Assembly: GCA_046727955.1 (NCBI GenBank)
Contig: JBKPDO010000170.1
Location: 3,230 to 67,229 of the forward strand
DNA: 64,000 bases
From: a bacterium
GTDB taxonomy: Bacteria; Actinomycetota; CALGFH01
Reading direction: 5' to 3'
Under the pieces are notes generated by a model. The model did not search any database. It saw only the letters and a program-made list of their open reading frames with translations, and was not told the origin of the DNA. The position numbers were made by a program, and so were the translations under genes. This document shows, in pieces, positions 10,491 through 19,329 of this stretch (position 1 is the stretch's first letter; the number at the start of each line of letters is the position of its first letter).

Positions 10491-10570
10491 CCCCTGACGC
10501 TTCGTAGGATGGCCAGCCAGCAAGGGAACGTATCCGGCCGTGCCGGTGTACCCCTACCGCAACCGGCGCA

Positions 10571-11176
10571 GTGGAGGGCCGTCCACTGGACGAAGACGAC
10601 AGCCAGCTCGTGGAACGCGCGCGAGGAGGAGACGTGCGCGCCTACGAGATCCTGGTGCGCCGCTACCAGGATCTCGCCTACCGGACGGCCTACCTGATCA
10701 CCGGAAGGGCGGCGGATGCCGAGGACGCCGCGCAGGAGGGCCTGGTGAAGGCCTGGTACGCGCTCGGTCGCTTCCGCGCCGGGGCACCGTTCCGGCCCTG
10801 GCTGCTCACCATCGTCTCGAACGAGGCCCGCAACCGCCGCCGGTCGGGCCGCCGGCAGGACGACCTGGCGCTGCGGGTCGCCGAGGTCCGCCCCTCGGGG
10901 GACGCGGCCCCGTCCCCCGAGGCGGCGGCCTTGGCGCACGAGCGCCGGCAGGCACTACTGACGGTGGTCGGCCGCCTGCCCGAGCGCGACCGCCAGGCGA
11001 TCGCGGCGCGCTTCTTCCTGGAGCTGTCCGAGGCGGAGATGGCAACGGTCCTCGGCTGCCGCCGGGGCACGGTGAAGTCGCGCCTCTCCCGCGCGCTCGC
11101 GCGACTGCGGACGGCGCTTGCCGACCAGGAGGGCGAGGCGCTCGTCCTGCCCGCGCCGGGAGGAGGTGGCGATTGA
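10571..11176 (+). CDS. ECF RNA polymerase sigma factor
   Basis: Region 2 DAEDAAQE...FRPWLLTIVSN and region 4 LSEAEMATVLGCRRGTVKSRLSRA. Confidence 0.95.
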   Translation: MEGRPLDEDDSQLVERARGGDVRAYEILVRRYQDLAYRTAYLITGRAADAEDAAQEGLVKAWYALGRFRAGAPFRPWLLTIVSNEARNRRRSGRRQDDLALRVAEVRPSGDAAPSPEAAALAHERRQALLTVVGRLPERDRQAIAARFFLELSEAEMATVLGCRRGTVKSRLSRALARLRTALADQEGEALVLPAPGGGGD

Positions 11177-11177
11177 C

Positions 11178-12077
11178 ATGACTGAGCTGGACCTCGAGCG
11201 CGCCCTCGCCGACCTCGGCGCCCACCTGGAGCAGCCGTCGACGCCACCGCTCGCCGAGGCGGTGATGGCACGGATCGCCGAGCACCCCGCCCCGGCCACC
11301 CCGCCGGCACGACTCCCGGGGACGCCGCTTCCGGGGGCGCGGCTCCCCTGGGCGCGGCTCCCCTGGGCGCGGCTCCCCTGGGCGCGGCTCCCCCGGGCGC
11401 GGCTCCCCCGGGCGCGGCTCCCGCGCCGCGGGTGGCAGCGGGTGGCGGTGGTGGCGCTGGCCGTACTGGTGATCGCCACCGGAATCGTGGTCGCCACGCC
11501 GTCCGCCCGGGAGGCGGTGGCCCGCCGCCTCGGCCTCCTCGGCGTCGAGATCCACCTGGGTGGGCCGGCGCCGACCAGCAGCACTCTGCGGCCCGGCGCG
11601 GGCGCCAATCTCGGCCTCGGCCGCCACGTGACCCTGCGGCAGGCGCGCGCCGCCGTGAGCTTCCCACTCCTGGTCCCGACCACGCCCGGCTTCGAGCAGC
11701 CGGACGCGGTGTACCTCAGCAATGACGTGCCTGGGGGACGGGTCGACCTCGTCTACCTGCCGCGGCCCGGCCTGCGGGCCTCGCCCTTCTCAGGCGTGGG
11801 CCTACTGATCACAGAGTTCCAGGCGACGCCGTTCACGGAAAAGTTCGCCAAGAGCGCCACCCAAGTCGAGCAGGTGACAGTCGGCAAGGAGCTCGGCTAC
11901 TGGCTCAGCGGCGAGCCACATGGGTTCGTCTACGAGGATCGCAATGGCGACATTCGGGAGGAGACGGCTCGCCTGGCTGGCTCGACCCTCGTCTGGACCC
12001 ATGGTGGGCTCACCCTGCGCCTGGAAGGGCAGGTCTCCAAGCAGCAGGCCCTCCGTCTCGCCAACTCGATGCGCTAG
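11178..12077 (+). CDS. Single-pass membrane protein, probable anti-sigma factor
   Basis: Directly downstream of the ECF sigma; short cytoplasmic N-terminus, TM segment VAVVALAVLVIATGIVVA, extracytoplasmic domain ending ALRLANSMR. Confidence 0.75.
   Translation: MTELDLERALADLGAHLEQPSTPPLAEAVMARIAEHPAPATPPARLPGTPLPGARLPWARLPWARLPWARLPRARLPRARLPRRGWQRVAVVALAVLVIATGIVVATPSAREAVARRLGLLGVEIHLGGPAPTSSTLRPGAGANLGLGRHVTLRQARAAVSFPLLVPTTPGFEQPDAVYLSNDVPGGRVDLVYLPRPGLRASPFSGVGLLITEFQATPFTEKFAKSATQVEQVTVGKELGYWLSGEPHGFVYEDRNGDIREETARLAGSTLVWTHGGLTLRLEGQVSKQQALRLANSMR
11336..11422 (+). repeat. 15-bp in-frame tandem repeat (about 6 copies)
   Basis: GGCGCGGCTCCCC(T/C)G units encoding ARLPW/ARLPR. Confidence 0.9.
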
Positions 12078-12145
12078 CGCTGGCAAGTCCGGGCGCCACG
12101 GCGCCACACCCCACCCACCACCCACCGCCCGCGACCCGCCAGCGG

Positions 12146-13582
12146 CTAACCCAGGTCCAGATCTGGGCGGAAAGAGGCGGCCCAGCCGCGTGCGGTTGCG
12201 GCGGCCGCGGCCAGGGCGCCGAGCTGCTCGGCGACCCGCGCGGGGTTGGTCGAGCCCGGGGTGACCTTGGCGGCGATGCTGCCGTCGACGTCGAGGACCG
12301 AGCGGTCGACCTCGGCCAGGGCCGGGTGGATGCCGCGCAGCTCGTCGTCCGGCAGGTCGGCGAGGCGCTCCCCCCGGCTCGAGGCCAGGCGCACGGCCGC
12401 GCCGACTGCGTGGTGGGCCTCGCGGAATGGTACGCCCGCGCCGACCATCGCCTCGGCCAGGTCGACCGCGGTGGTCTCGCCCTCCCCCGCCGCGGCCCGC
12501 ATCCGCTCGGCGTCCGGCTCCAGGCCGGCCACCAGCCCCGCCATCGCCGTCATGGTCGAGGTCAGCGTGTCGACCACCTCGAAGACGCCGGCCTTGTCCT
12601 CCTGCAGATCGCGGGAGTAGGCCAGCGGCAGGCCCTTCAGCGTGGCGAGCAGCCCGGTCAGCCGGCCGATGACCGTGCCGGCCCGGCCGCGTGCGAGCTC
12701 GGCCACGTCGGGGTTGCGCTTCTGCGGCAGCATGCTGGAGCCGGTGGCCCAGGCGTCCGGCAGTCGCACCCAGCCGCGGCCGGCCCACAGCGCGACGTCC
12801 TCGGCCAGGCGGGACACGTGGACCATGGCGATGGCCGCCGCCGCCTCGAGCTCGGCCGGGGCGTCGCGGCTCGCGGTGGCGTCCATGGCGTTGCCAAAGG
12901 CGGCGGCGAACCCCAGCTCCCGGGCGGTGGCTGCAGGGTCGAGCGGGAACGAGGACCCTGCGATGGCGCCGGCGCCGAGGGGGCAGACGTCCGCCCGCTG
13001 GGCCGCGTCGCGGAAGCGACCGCTGTCGCGGGCCAGCGCGAAGCCGTGCGCCGCGAGCTGGAAGCTCCACAGCACCGGCTGGGCCGGCTGCAGGTGGGTG
13101 AGGCCTGGCAGCACCGCGCTCGAATGGCCGCGGGCCGTGGCCACCAGCGCCTCGATCAGCCGGGCGCAGGCCTCGACAGCAGCCACGTGCGCGCCCTTGA
13201 GCCACAGCGCCAGATCGGTGGCGACCTGGTCGTTGCGGCTGCGGGCGGTGTGAAGACTGCCCCCGACGGGGCCGACCAGCTCGGTCAGGCGACGCTCAAC
13301 GGCGGAGTGGATGTCCTCGTCGCTGTCGACCCACTCGAAGGAGCCGGTGGCCAGCTCCGTGGCGACCTTCGCGAGCCCGTCGAGCAGGGCGCCGCCGTCG
13401 TCCTGGCCGAGCACGCCCGCTCTGACCAGCGCTCGGACGTGGGCCCGGCTGCCGGCCAAATCCTCGCGCCACAGGCGCCGGTCGATTGGCAGCGACCAGG
13501 CATAGGCCCACATGTTGGGATCGGGTGGGCCGGCGAAGCCCCCGGCCCACAGCGGCCCGGCCCTCCGATCCTCCGCGCTCAT
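12146..13582 (-). CDS. argH: Argininosuccinate lyase
   Basis: DEDIHSAVE, RSRNDQVATD, THLQPAQP and GSSMLPQKRNPD motifs. Confidence 0.97.
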   Translation of the reverse strand: MSAEDRRAGPLWAGGFAGPPDPNMWAYAWSLPIDRRLWREDLAGSRAHVRALVRAGVLGQDDGGALLDGLAKVATELATGSFEWVDSDEDIHSAVERRLTELVGPVGGSLHTARSRNDQVATDLALWLKGAHVAAVEACARLIEALVATARGHSSAVLPGLTHLQPAQPVLWSFQLAAHGFALARDSGRFRDAAQRADVCPLGAGAIAGSSFPLDPAATARELGFAAAFGNAMDATASRDAPAELEAAAAIAMVHVSRLAEDVALWAGRGWVRLPDAWATGSSMLPQKRNPDVAELARGRAGTVIGRLTGLLATLKGLPLAYSRDLQEDKAGVFEVVDTLTSTMTAMAGLVAGLEPDAERMRAAAGEGETTAVDLAEAMVGAGVPFREAHHAVGAAVRLASSRGERLADLPDDELRGIHPALAEVDRSVLDVDGSIAAKVTPGSTNPARVAEQLGALAAAAATARGWAASFRPDLDLG

Positions 13583-14868
13583 CAGCCCCCCTGGCCGGCA
13601 GCCTCCTGGCGCACTCTGGCCCAGGTGCGGGCCGGCAGGCCCCATAGCGCGACGAAGCCGCGCCCCGCCTCGTGGTCGAAGCTGTCGCCGGCGTCGTAGG
13701 TAGCGAGGTCCGGCCGGTACAGCGCGTGCTGGGCGCGGCGGCCGGTGACCTGGCAGCGGCCCGGCGACAGCTCGAGCCGCACCTCGCCAGTGACCGCCTG
13801 CTGCGTCTCGACGATGAACGCGTCGAGCGCTGCACGCAGTGGCGAGAACCACAGCCCGTCGTACACCAGCTCAGCGTAGCGGATCTCGAGCCGGGCCTTC
13901 TCGTGCAGCACGTCCCGGTCGAGGGTGAGGTCCTCGAGCTCGCGGTGGGCGGCGATGGTCGCCAGCGCCCCCGGGACCTCGTACACCTCGCGGCTCTTGA
14001 TGCCGACGCGGCGGTTCTCGATCATGTCGACGCGCCCGAAGCCGGCTGCCCCGCCGTGGCGGTTGAGCGCGGCGACGACCTCGGCGAACCCGCTCGCCTC
14101 TGGCGCCCGCCCTCCCGCGCCGCCAGCGTGCAGCGCCACCGGCAGGCCAGCCCGGAAACTGACGACCAGCTCGCGGACCGCACTGGTGGAGGCCGGCGGC
14201 ACGGTCCAGGCGAAGGCGTCCTCCGGCGGCGCCTCCCACGGGTCCTCGAGCACACCCGCCTCGACCGTCCGGCCCCACAGGTTCTGGTCCACCGAGTAGG
14301 GCTTGTCCGCGCTGATCCAGTCGATGTCGATGCCGTGCTTCTCGGCGTAGGCGATCGCCTCCGGCCGGCTCATCGCCCAGTCCCGCACCGGCGCGAGCAC
14401 CTCCAGCTCCGGCGCAAGCGCGCCGCAGCTCACCTCGAAGCGGACCTGGTCGTTGCCCTTGCCGGTGCAGCCGTGGGCGATCGCGCCAGCGCCGCGCCGC
14501 CGCGCCTCCTCGATCAGGAGCTGGGCGATGAGCGGCCGGGACAGCGCCGACACCAGCGGATAGCGACCCTCGTACAGGGCGTTGGCGGCCACGGCGCGCG
14601 CGAGGAACTCGGCCGCGAAGCGCTGGCGTGCGTCGACCACCACGGCGTCGACCGCGCCGGCCGACAGCGCGCGCTGGGCGGCCGCGGCCAGGTCCTCGCC
14701 CTGGCCGACGTCGGCCAGCAGGGCGACCACCTGACGGCCCTGCTCGTGGCTGAGCCGGTGGACGATCACAGTGGTGTCCAGCCCGCCCGAGTAGGCGAGA
14801 ACCACCAGGTCGGGGTTGGAGACCACGGCGGCTCCAGGGACCGTCGGCTGCGGGTCGGGGTCGATCAT
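13582..14868 (-). CDS. argG: Argininosuccinate synthase
   Basis: LAYSGGLDT, HGCTGKGNDQVRF and ENRRVGIKSREVYE motifs. Confidence 0.97.
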   Translation of the reverse strand: MIDPDPQPTVPGAAVVSNPDLVVLAYSGGLDTTVIVHRLSHEQGRQVVALLADVGQGEDLAAAAQRALSAGAVDAVVVDARQRFAAEFLARAVAANALYEGRYPLVSALSRPLIAQLLIEEARRRGAGAIAHGCTGKGNDQVRFEVSCGALAPELEVLAPVRDWAMSRPEAIAYAEKHGIDIDWISADKPYSVDQNLWGRTVEAGVLEDPWEAPPEDAFAWTVPPASTSAVRELVVSFRAGLPVALHAGGAGGRAPEASGFAEVVAALNRHGGAAGFGRVDMIENRRVGIKSREVYEVPGALATIAAHRELEDLTLDRDVLHEKARLEIRYAELVYDGLWFSPLRAALDAFIVETQQAVTGEVRLELSPGRCQVTGRRAQHALYRPDLATYDAGDSFDHEAGRGFVALWGLPARTWARVRQEAAGQGG

Positions 14869-15482
14869 GCGGATTCTCCTCGGTGATGGATCGCGTGGAC
14901 GCCAGCCGGTGAGAGTCGGCTGCGGCCGGCGGTGCCGCCCGCTCCCGCCTGTCGGAGCCCGGCCGGGCTGGGGGACGGGCGGGGCGCGCCACCGTCGGGT
15001 GCCGACGCGGGCGCGCCCTGCCCGCTCATCAGCTCACGGAACTGCCTCGCCATCGCCCTGCCAGAGGTGCGGTCCGTGCACACCACCAGCACGGTGTCGT
15101 CCCCCGCGACCGTGCCGGCGACCTCCGGCAGGTTGGCTCGGTCGATCATCGAGGCCATCGCCTGGGCGTGGCCGGGTGGGGTCCGCAGCACCACCAGGTT
15201 CCCCGCCGGCACCGCCGACAGCAGGAACATCGCGATGGTCTGGCCGAGCTGCTCGCGGCTGACCTCCGGGACGGCGTCGTCTTCCGGGAGGGCGTAGACG
15301 AGGCTGCCGTCGCTGCTGCGGACCTTCATCGCGCCCAGCTCCTCCAGGTCACGAGAGACCGTAGCCTGGGTAGCGTCGAAGCCCTGTGTGCGGAGTAACT
15401 CGAGCAGGCGTGCCTGGCTCGACACCTGGCGAGTGCGCAGCAGTCCGGCAAGCGCCCGCTGCCGCGACGCCTTCACCGACAT
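14865..15482 (-). CDS. argR: Arginine repressor
   Basis: TQATVSRDLEEL and GTVAGDDT motifs. Confidence 0.95.
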   Translation of the reverse strand: MSVKASRQRALAGLLRTRQVSSQARLLELLRTQGFDATQATVSRDLEELGAMKVRSSDGSLVYALPEDDAVPEVSREQLGQTIAMFLLSAVPAGNLVVLRTPPGHAQAMASMIDRANLPEVAGTVAGDDTVLVVCTDRTSGRAMARQFRELMSGQGAPASAPDGGAPRPSPSPAGLRQAGAGGTAGRSRLSPAGVHAIHHRGESA

Positions 15483-16684
15483 GCGCCCACCTCCCGCAGC
15501 GCTCCGGTCAGCCGGAGCAGCCCCTCGTCGACGTCGGTCTCATCGATCACCAGCGGCGGAGCGAGCCGCAGCGCGGTCTCGGTGACAGGGTTGACCACCA
15601 GCCCGCGGCTAAGGGCGGCGAGCGCCGCCTCCTTCGCGGTGGCCGGTGTCTGCCCACCGAGGTCGAGCGCGTACCACAGGCCGGTGCCACGCACCGCCGC
15701 GCCGGGACCCTCGATCCGGTCGCGCAGCTCCAGCAGGCCGTCGCCGAGACGCCTGGCGACCCGGTCGACGTGCCCCTCGAGCAGCGGCTCGATCACGTCG
15801 AGGGTGGCCAGGGCGGCGGCGCAGGCGACCGGGTTGCCGCCGAAGGTCGAGCCGTGGTCGCCCGGCCTGATCGCGCCGGCCACCTCGTCGACGGCGATGG
15901 TGGCGCCGATCGGGTAGCCGCTGCCGAGCGCCTTGGCCATGGTCACCACGTCAGGACGCACGCCCGCGCGCTGATGGGCGAAGAAGCCGCCGGTTCGGCC
16001 CATGCCGGACTGGATCTCGTCCACGATCAGCAGCACCCCCGCCGCGGCGGTGATCTCCCGCACCGCCGCCAGGTAGCCGGGCGGCGGCTCTCGGATGCCG
16101 GCCTCCCCCTGGATCGGCTCGAGCATCACCGCGGCGGTGTCCGGGCCGACCGCCGCCGCCAAGGCGCCGGCGTCGCCGAACGGCACGTGGCTGAACCCGG
16201 GTGGCAGCGGCTCGAACGGCTCCCTGATCGAGGCCTTGCCGGTGGCGGCGAGTGCCCCCAGGGTGCGGCCGTGGAAACCGCCCTCCGTGGCCACGATGCC
16301 GGTCGCCCGCTCGCCACGGTTGGCCTTGGCCCAGCGCCTGGCCACCTTGATGGCGGCCTCGTTGGCCTCAGCGCCGGAGTTGGAGAGGAACACCTTGGCC
16401 CCGCCGCCGAAGCGGTCGACCAGCCGCTCGGCCAGATCCACCTGCGGCCCGGTGAAATACAGGTTGGAGGTGTGACCGAGGGTCGCAAGCTGGCCGGCCA
16501 CCGCAGCCACGACCTTGGGGTGGGCGTGGCCGGCGGCGACCACGGCGATGCCGCCCAGGAAGTCGAGGTACTCGCGCCCACCCACGTCCCACAGGCGGAC
16601 CCCCTCCCCGCGGACGAACTCGACCTGCGGCCGCAGATAGGTCGGCCACAGGACTGCCGCTTCTCTTGCCGCGATATCGATCAA
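15473..16684 (-). CDS. argD: Acetylornithine aminotransferase
   Basis: NSGAEANEAAIK, FHGRT, DEIQSGMGRTG and GSTFGGNP motifs; position in the arg cluster. Confidence 0.95.
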   Translation of the reverse strand: MIDIAAREAAVLWPTYLRPQVEFVRGEGVRLWDVGGREYLDFLGGIAVVAAGHAHPKVVAAVAGQLATLGHTSNLYFTGPQVDLAERLVDRFGGGAKVFLSNSGAEANEAAIKVARRWAKANRGERATGIVATEGGFHGRTLGALAATGKASIREPFEPLPPGFSHVPFGDAGALAAAVGPDTAAVMLEPIQGEAGIREPPPGYLAAVREITAAAGVLLIVDEIQSGMGRTGGFFAHQRAGVRPDVVTMAKALGSGYPIGATIAVDEVAGAIRPGDHGSTFGGNPVACAAALATLDVIEPLLEGHVDRVARRLGDGLLELRDRIEGPGAAVRGTGLWYALDLGGQTPATAKEAALAALSRGLVVNPVTETALRLAPPLVIDETDVDEGLLRLTGALREVGACR

Positions 16685-17940
16685 TCCTTCGGACTCCTTC
16701 GGAGAGAAGGCGGGGTGCCGCCTTCGGCGGCGGCTGATTCACTGCGACCGCCAGGTTCGGCGGTCGCGGCGGCCGGCGATTCACTGCGACCGCCAGGTTC
16801 GGCGGTCGCGGCGGCTGCGGTCGCCATCGTGCCGACGCCGCGGTCGGTGAACAGCTCCAGCAGCAGGGCGTGGCGGCGCCGGCCGTCGAGGATGTGGGCG
16901 CTGCCCACTCCCGCCCGCAGCGCGGTGGCGACGCCGTTGACCTTGGGCACCATGCCGCTGTGCAGCCGGCCGCTCGCCAGCAGCTCCTCCACCTCGCGCA
17001 GGCCTATACGGGAATACAGCGAGCCTGGGTCGGCCGGGTCGGCGTAGAGGCCCTCCACGTCGGTCAGGTAGACGAGCTTCTCGGCGCCGAGCGCGGCCGC
17101 CACCGCCCCCGCCGCCGCGTCGGCGTTGACGTTATAGGGATGGCCGCCCGGCCCCGCGGCCACTGTGGCGATGACCGGGATCAGGCCAGCGGCGGTGAGC
17201 GCGCGCAGCGCGGTGGCGTCGATCGCCTCGACGTCGCCGACGAAGCCGAGGTCTCGGCCGCCCGGATCGCGCCGCGGCCGCGCGGTGATCAGCAGGCCGT
17301 CCTCGCCGGACAGGCCGACCGCCAGGCGGCCGTGGCGGTTGAGCCGCCCGACGATCCCCTTGTTGATGCGCCCCACCAGGATCATGCGGACCAGGTCGAT
17401 GGTGTCGGCGTCGGTGACCCGCTGGCCCTCGACGAACACCGGCTGCCTGCCGAGCTCCTCCATGGCGCGGCTGATCTCCGGTCCGCCGCCGTGGACCACC
17501 ACCACGTCGACGCCGACGTAGCGGAGCAGCACCACGTCACCAACAAAGGAGTCGAGATCCGCCAGGTTATCCACCGGGGGGCTAACGCTCGGCTCTGCTT
17601 CGCCGCCCGGTGCCTGGGTCCTGGCCTCGCTGGAGAGCCCCCCGGACCCTGTGTCCCACCGGGGGGCTACGCTCGGCTCTGCTTCGCCGCCCGGTGCCTG
17701 GGTCCTGGCCTCGCTGGAGAGCCCCCCGGACCCCCCAGGCTCTGGGCTCTCGGGGCTCTCGGGGTTCTCTGGATTCCTGGGGCTCTCGCCGTTGCTGTCA
17801 TGAGCGGGGCTGCTCATCGCCGCGCCGCCGTACTTCACCACCACGGTGCGGCCGGCGAAGCGCTTGATCCAGGGCAGTGCCTCGTGCAGCACGGCCGCCT
17901 TGGCCTGCAGCTCCTCGGCCCGCTCGCCGGTCCTGCTCAT
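16681..17940 (-). CDS. argB: Acetylglutamate kinase with repeat-derived insertions
   Basis: VVKYGGAAM, VVHGGGPEI, YNVNAD and GMVPKV motifs; roughly 80 extra aa after GGAAM and a repetitive C-terminal tail. Confidence 0.95.
   Translation of the reverse strand: MSRTGERAEELQAKAAVLHEALPWIKRFAGRTVVVKYGGAAMSSPAHDSNGESPRNPENPESPESPEPGGSGGLSSEARTQAPGGEAEPSVAPRWDTGSGGLSSEARTQAPGGEAEPSVSPPVDNLADLDSFVGDVVLLRYVGVDVVVVHGGGPEISRAMEELGRQPVFVEGQRVTDADTIDLVRMILVGRINKGIVGRLNRHGRLAVGLSGEDGLLITARPRRDPGGRDLGFVGDVEAIDATALRALTAAGLIPVIATVAAGPGGHPYNVNADAAAGAVAAALGAEKLVYLTDVEGLYADPADPGSLYSRIGLREVEELLASGRLHSGMVPKVNGVATALRAGVGSAHILDGRRRHALLLELFTDRGVGTMATAAAATAEPGGRSESPAAATAEPGGRSESAAAEGGTPPSLRRSPKD
16736..16815. repeat. 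42-bp tandem repeat with an internal hairpin in the argB 3' end
   Basis: GATTCACTGCGACCGCCAGGTTCGGCGGTCGCGGCGGC x2, each containing the inverted arms GCGACCGCC/GGCGGTCGC. Confidence 0.9.
17571..17736. repeat. Two REP-like palindromic units (84-bp period) inserted in frame in argB
   Basis: Each unit has terminal inverted arms CCGGGGGGCT...AGCCCCCCGG and encodes GSGGLSSEARTQAPGGEAEPSV. Confidence 0.85.
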
Positions 17941-18036
17941 TGGAGACCTCCACCTCCCTCGCGGTTCCCCGGGGCCCCGCGGGGGCTCATGTGGCGTACT
18001 CCGTCCACTTCGTGGACTCCGTCACTCGTGACTTCG

Positions 18037-19329
18037 TCACGTCGTAGACTCCGAGTTCAGGCGCACGTACTCCGGGGTGAGGTCGGCCGTCCGCACGCAT
18101 GCCCACGGCCCGGCTCCGCCGAGGTGCAGGCGCACCTCGACCTCGCGCGCCGCCAGCGCCGCGCTTGCGTCCGCGCCGGTGGGAGACCCATCGCACACCA
18201 GCACCACCCGCTCGGGCGGGTCCTGCCAGGTCGCCGCCTCGCCCCGGTCCACCGGGGGCCGACCCGCCGGCGCCGCGACCGGCTCGATGCCGGCGGCGCC
18301 CGGCCCGCCGCGGACCTCCAGGCGCACCCGCGAGGGGTCGAAGCCGACTCCGGCGCAGCCCGCCGCCTGCAGGATCCGGCCCCAGTTGGGGTCACCGCCG
18401 TAGACCGCGGTCTTGACCAGCGGGCTGTCCGCCACCCGCCGGGCCACCGTGCTTGCGGCGGCCGCCGTGCCCGCCCCGCCGACGTTGACACTGATCACCC
18501 TGGTGCCGCCCTCGGCGTCGGCGAGCATCTGCCCGGCGAGGTCATGGCAGACCGCGTGCACCACCTCGGCGAGGTCGTCTGCGTGCGGCCGCACCCCGCT
18601 CGCGCCCGAGGCCAGCAGCAGCACGGTGTCATTGGTCGACTGACAGCCGTCCACGGTGATGCGGTTGAAGCTCACCTCGCTGGCTTCTCTCAGCGCCGCC
18701 CGCAGCGCCGCCGGCTCGGCCAGTGCATCGGTGGTCAGCACCGCGATCATGGTGGCGTGCGGCAGGGCGAGGGCCGGCGCGAGCATGGCGGCGCCCTTGG
18801 CCATCCCGCCCACGGTGAAGCCGTCCGCGACCACCCCCGCCTGCTTGGAGACGGTGTCGGTGGTGCGGATCGCCGCGGCCGCGGCCGCGCCGTCGCGGCC
18901 CAGGTCACGGGCGGCCTTGGCCACCCCGTCGGTGAGCCTGGCGACCTCGATCGGCACCCCGATGACCCCGGTCGAGCAGACAAGCACCTGCTCCGGCCTG
19001 CAGCCCAGCTCGGCGGCGGCGCGGCGCACCGTGACCAGCACCGCCTGCTCCCCGGCCGGCCCGGTGCAGGCATTGGCGTTGCCGGAGTTGACCACTACCA
19101 CGCGGGCGTCGGCGGAGGCGGCCAGCCGCGCACGCGACCAGATGACCGGCGCGGCCAGCACCTGGTTGGTGCTGAATACCCCGGCGGCGCTCGTGGCCGG
19201 CCGCCCCACCACCAGCGCGAGGTCGGGCGCCCCGGAGGGCTTGATGCCGCAGGCCACCCCGGCGGCGGTGAAGCCCCCGGCGGCGGTGACCCCGAGACCG
19301 CGGTCGACGCGCATGGTCACGGCGCTCAC
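18037..19329 (-). CDS. argJ: Ornithine acetyltransferase / N-acetylglutamate synthase
   Basis: NSGNANACTG, STGVIG, GMAKGAAM, STNDT autocleavage site and DPNWGRI; the GTG overlaps the argC stop. Confidence 0.96.
   Translation of the reverse strand: MSAVTMRVDRGLGVTAAGGFTAAGVACGIKPSGAPDLALVVGRPATSAAGVFSTNQVLAAPVIWSRARLAASADARVVVVNSGNANACTGPAGEQAVLVTVRRAAAELGCRPEQVLVCSTGVIGVPIEVARLTDGVAKAARDLGRDGAAAAAAIRTTDTVSKQAGVVADGFTVGGMAKGAAMLAPALALPHATMIAVLTTDALAEPAALRAALREASEVSFNRITVDGCQSTNDTVLLLASGASGVRPHADDLAEVVHAVCHDLAGQMLADAEGGTRVISVNVGGAGTAAAASTVARRVADSPLVKTAVYGGDPNWGRILQAAGCAGVGFDPSRVRLEVRGGPGAAGIEPVAAPAGRPPVDRGEAATWQDPPERVVLVCDGSPTGADASAALAAREVEVRLHLGGAGPWACVRTADLTPEYVRLNSESTT

Noticed and set aside
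5300-10507. Very long ORFs antisense to real genes (e.g. 5300-7585, 7820-10507, 16870-19404, 55677-58376, 59411-61462)
   Set aside because: Shadow frames expected in high-GC DNA; Arg/Gly/Pro-rich with no motifs, opposite well-supported genes.
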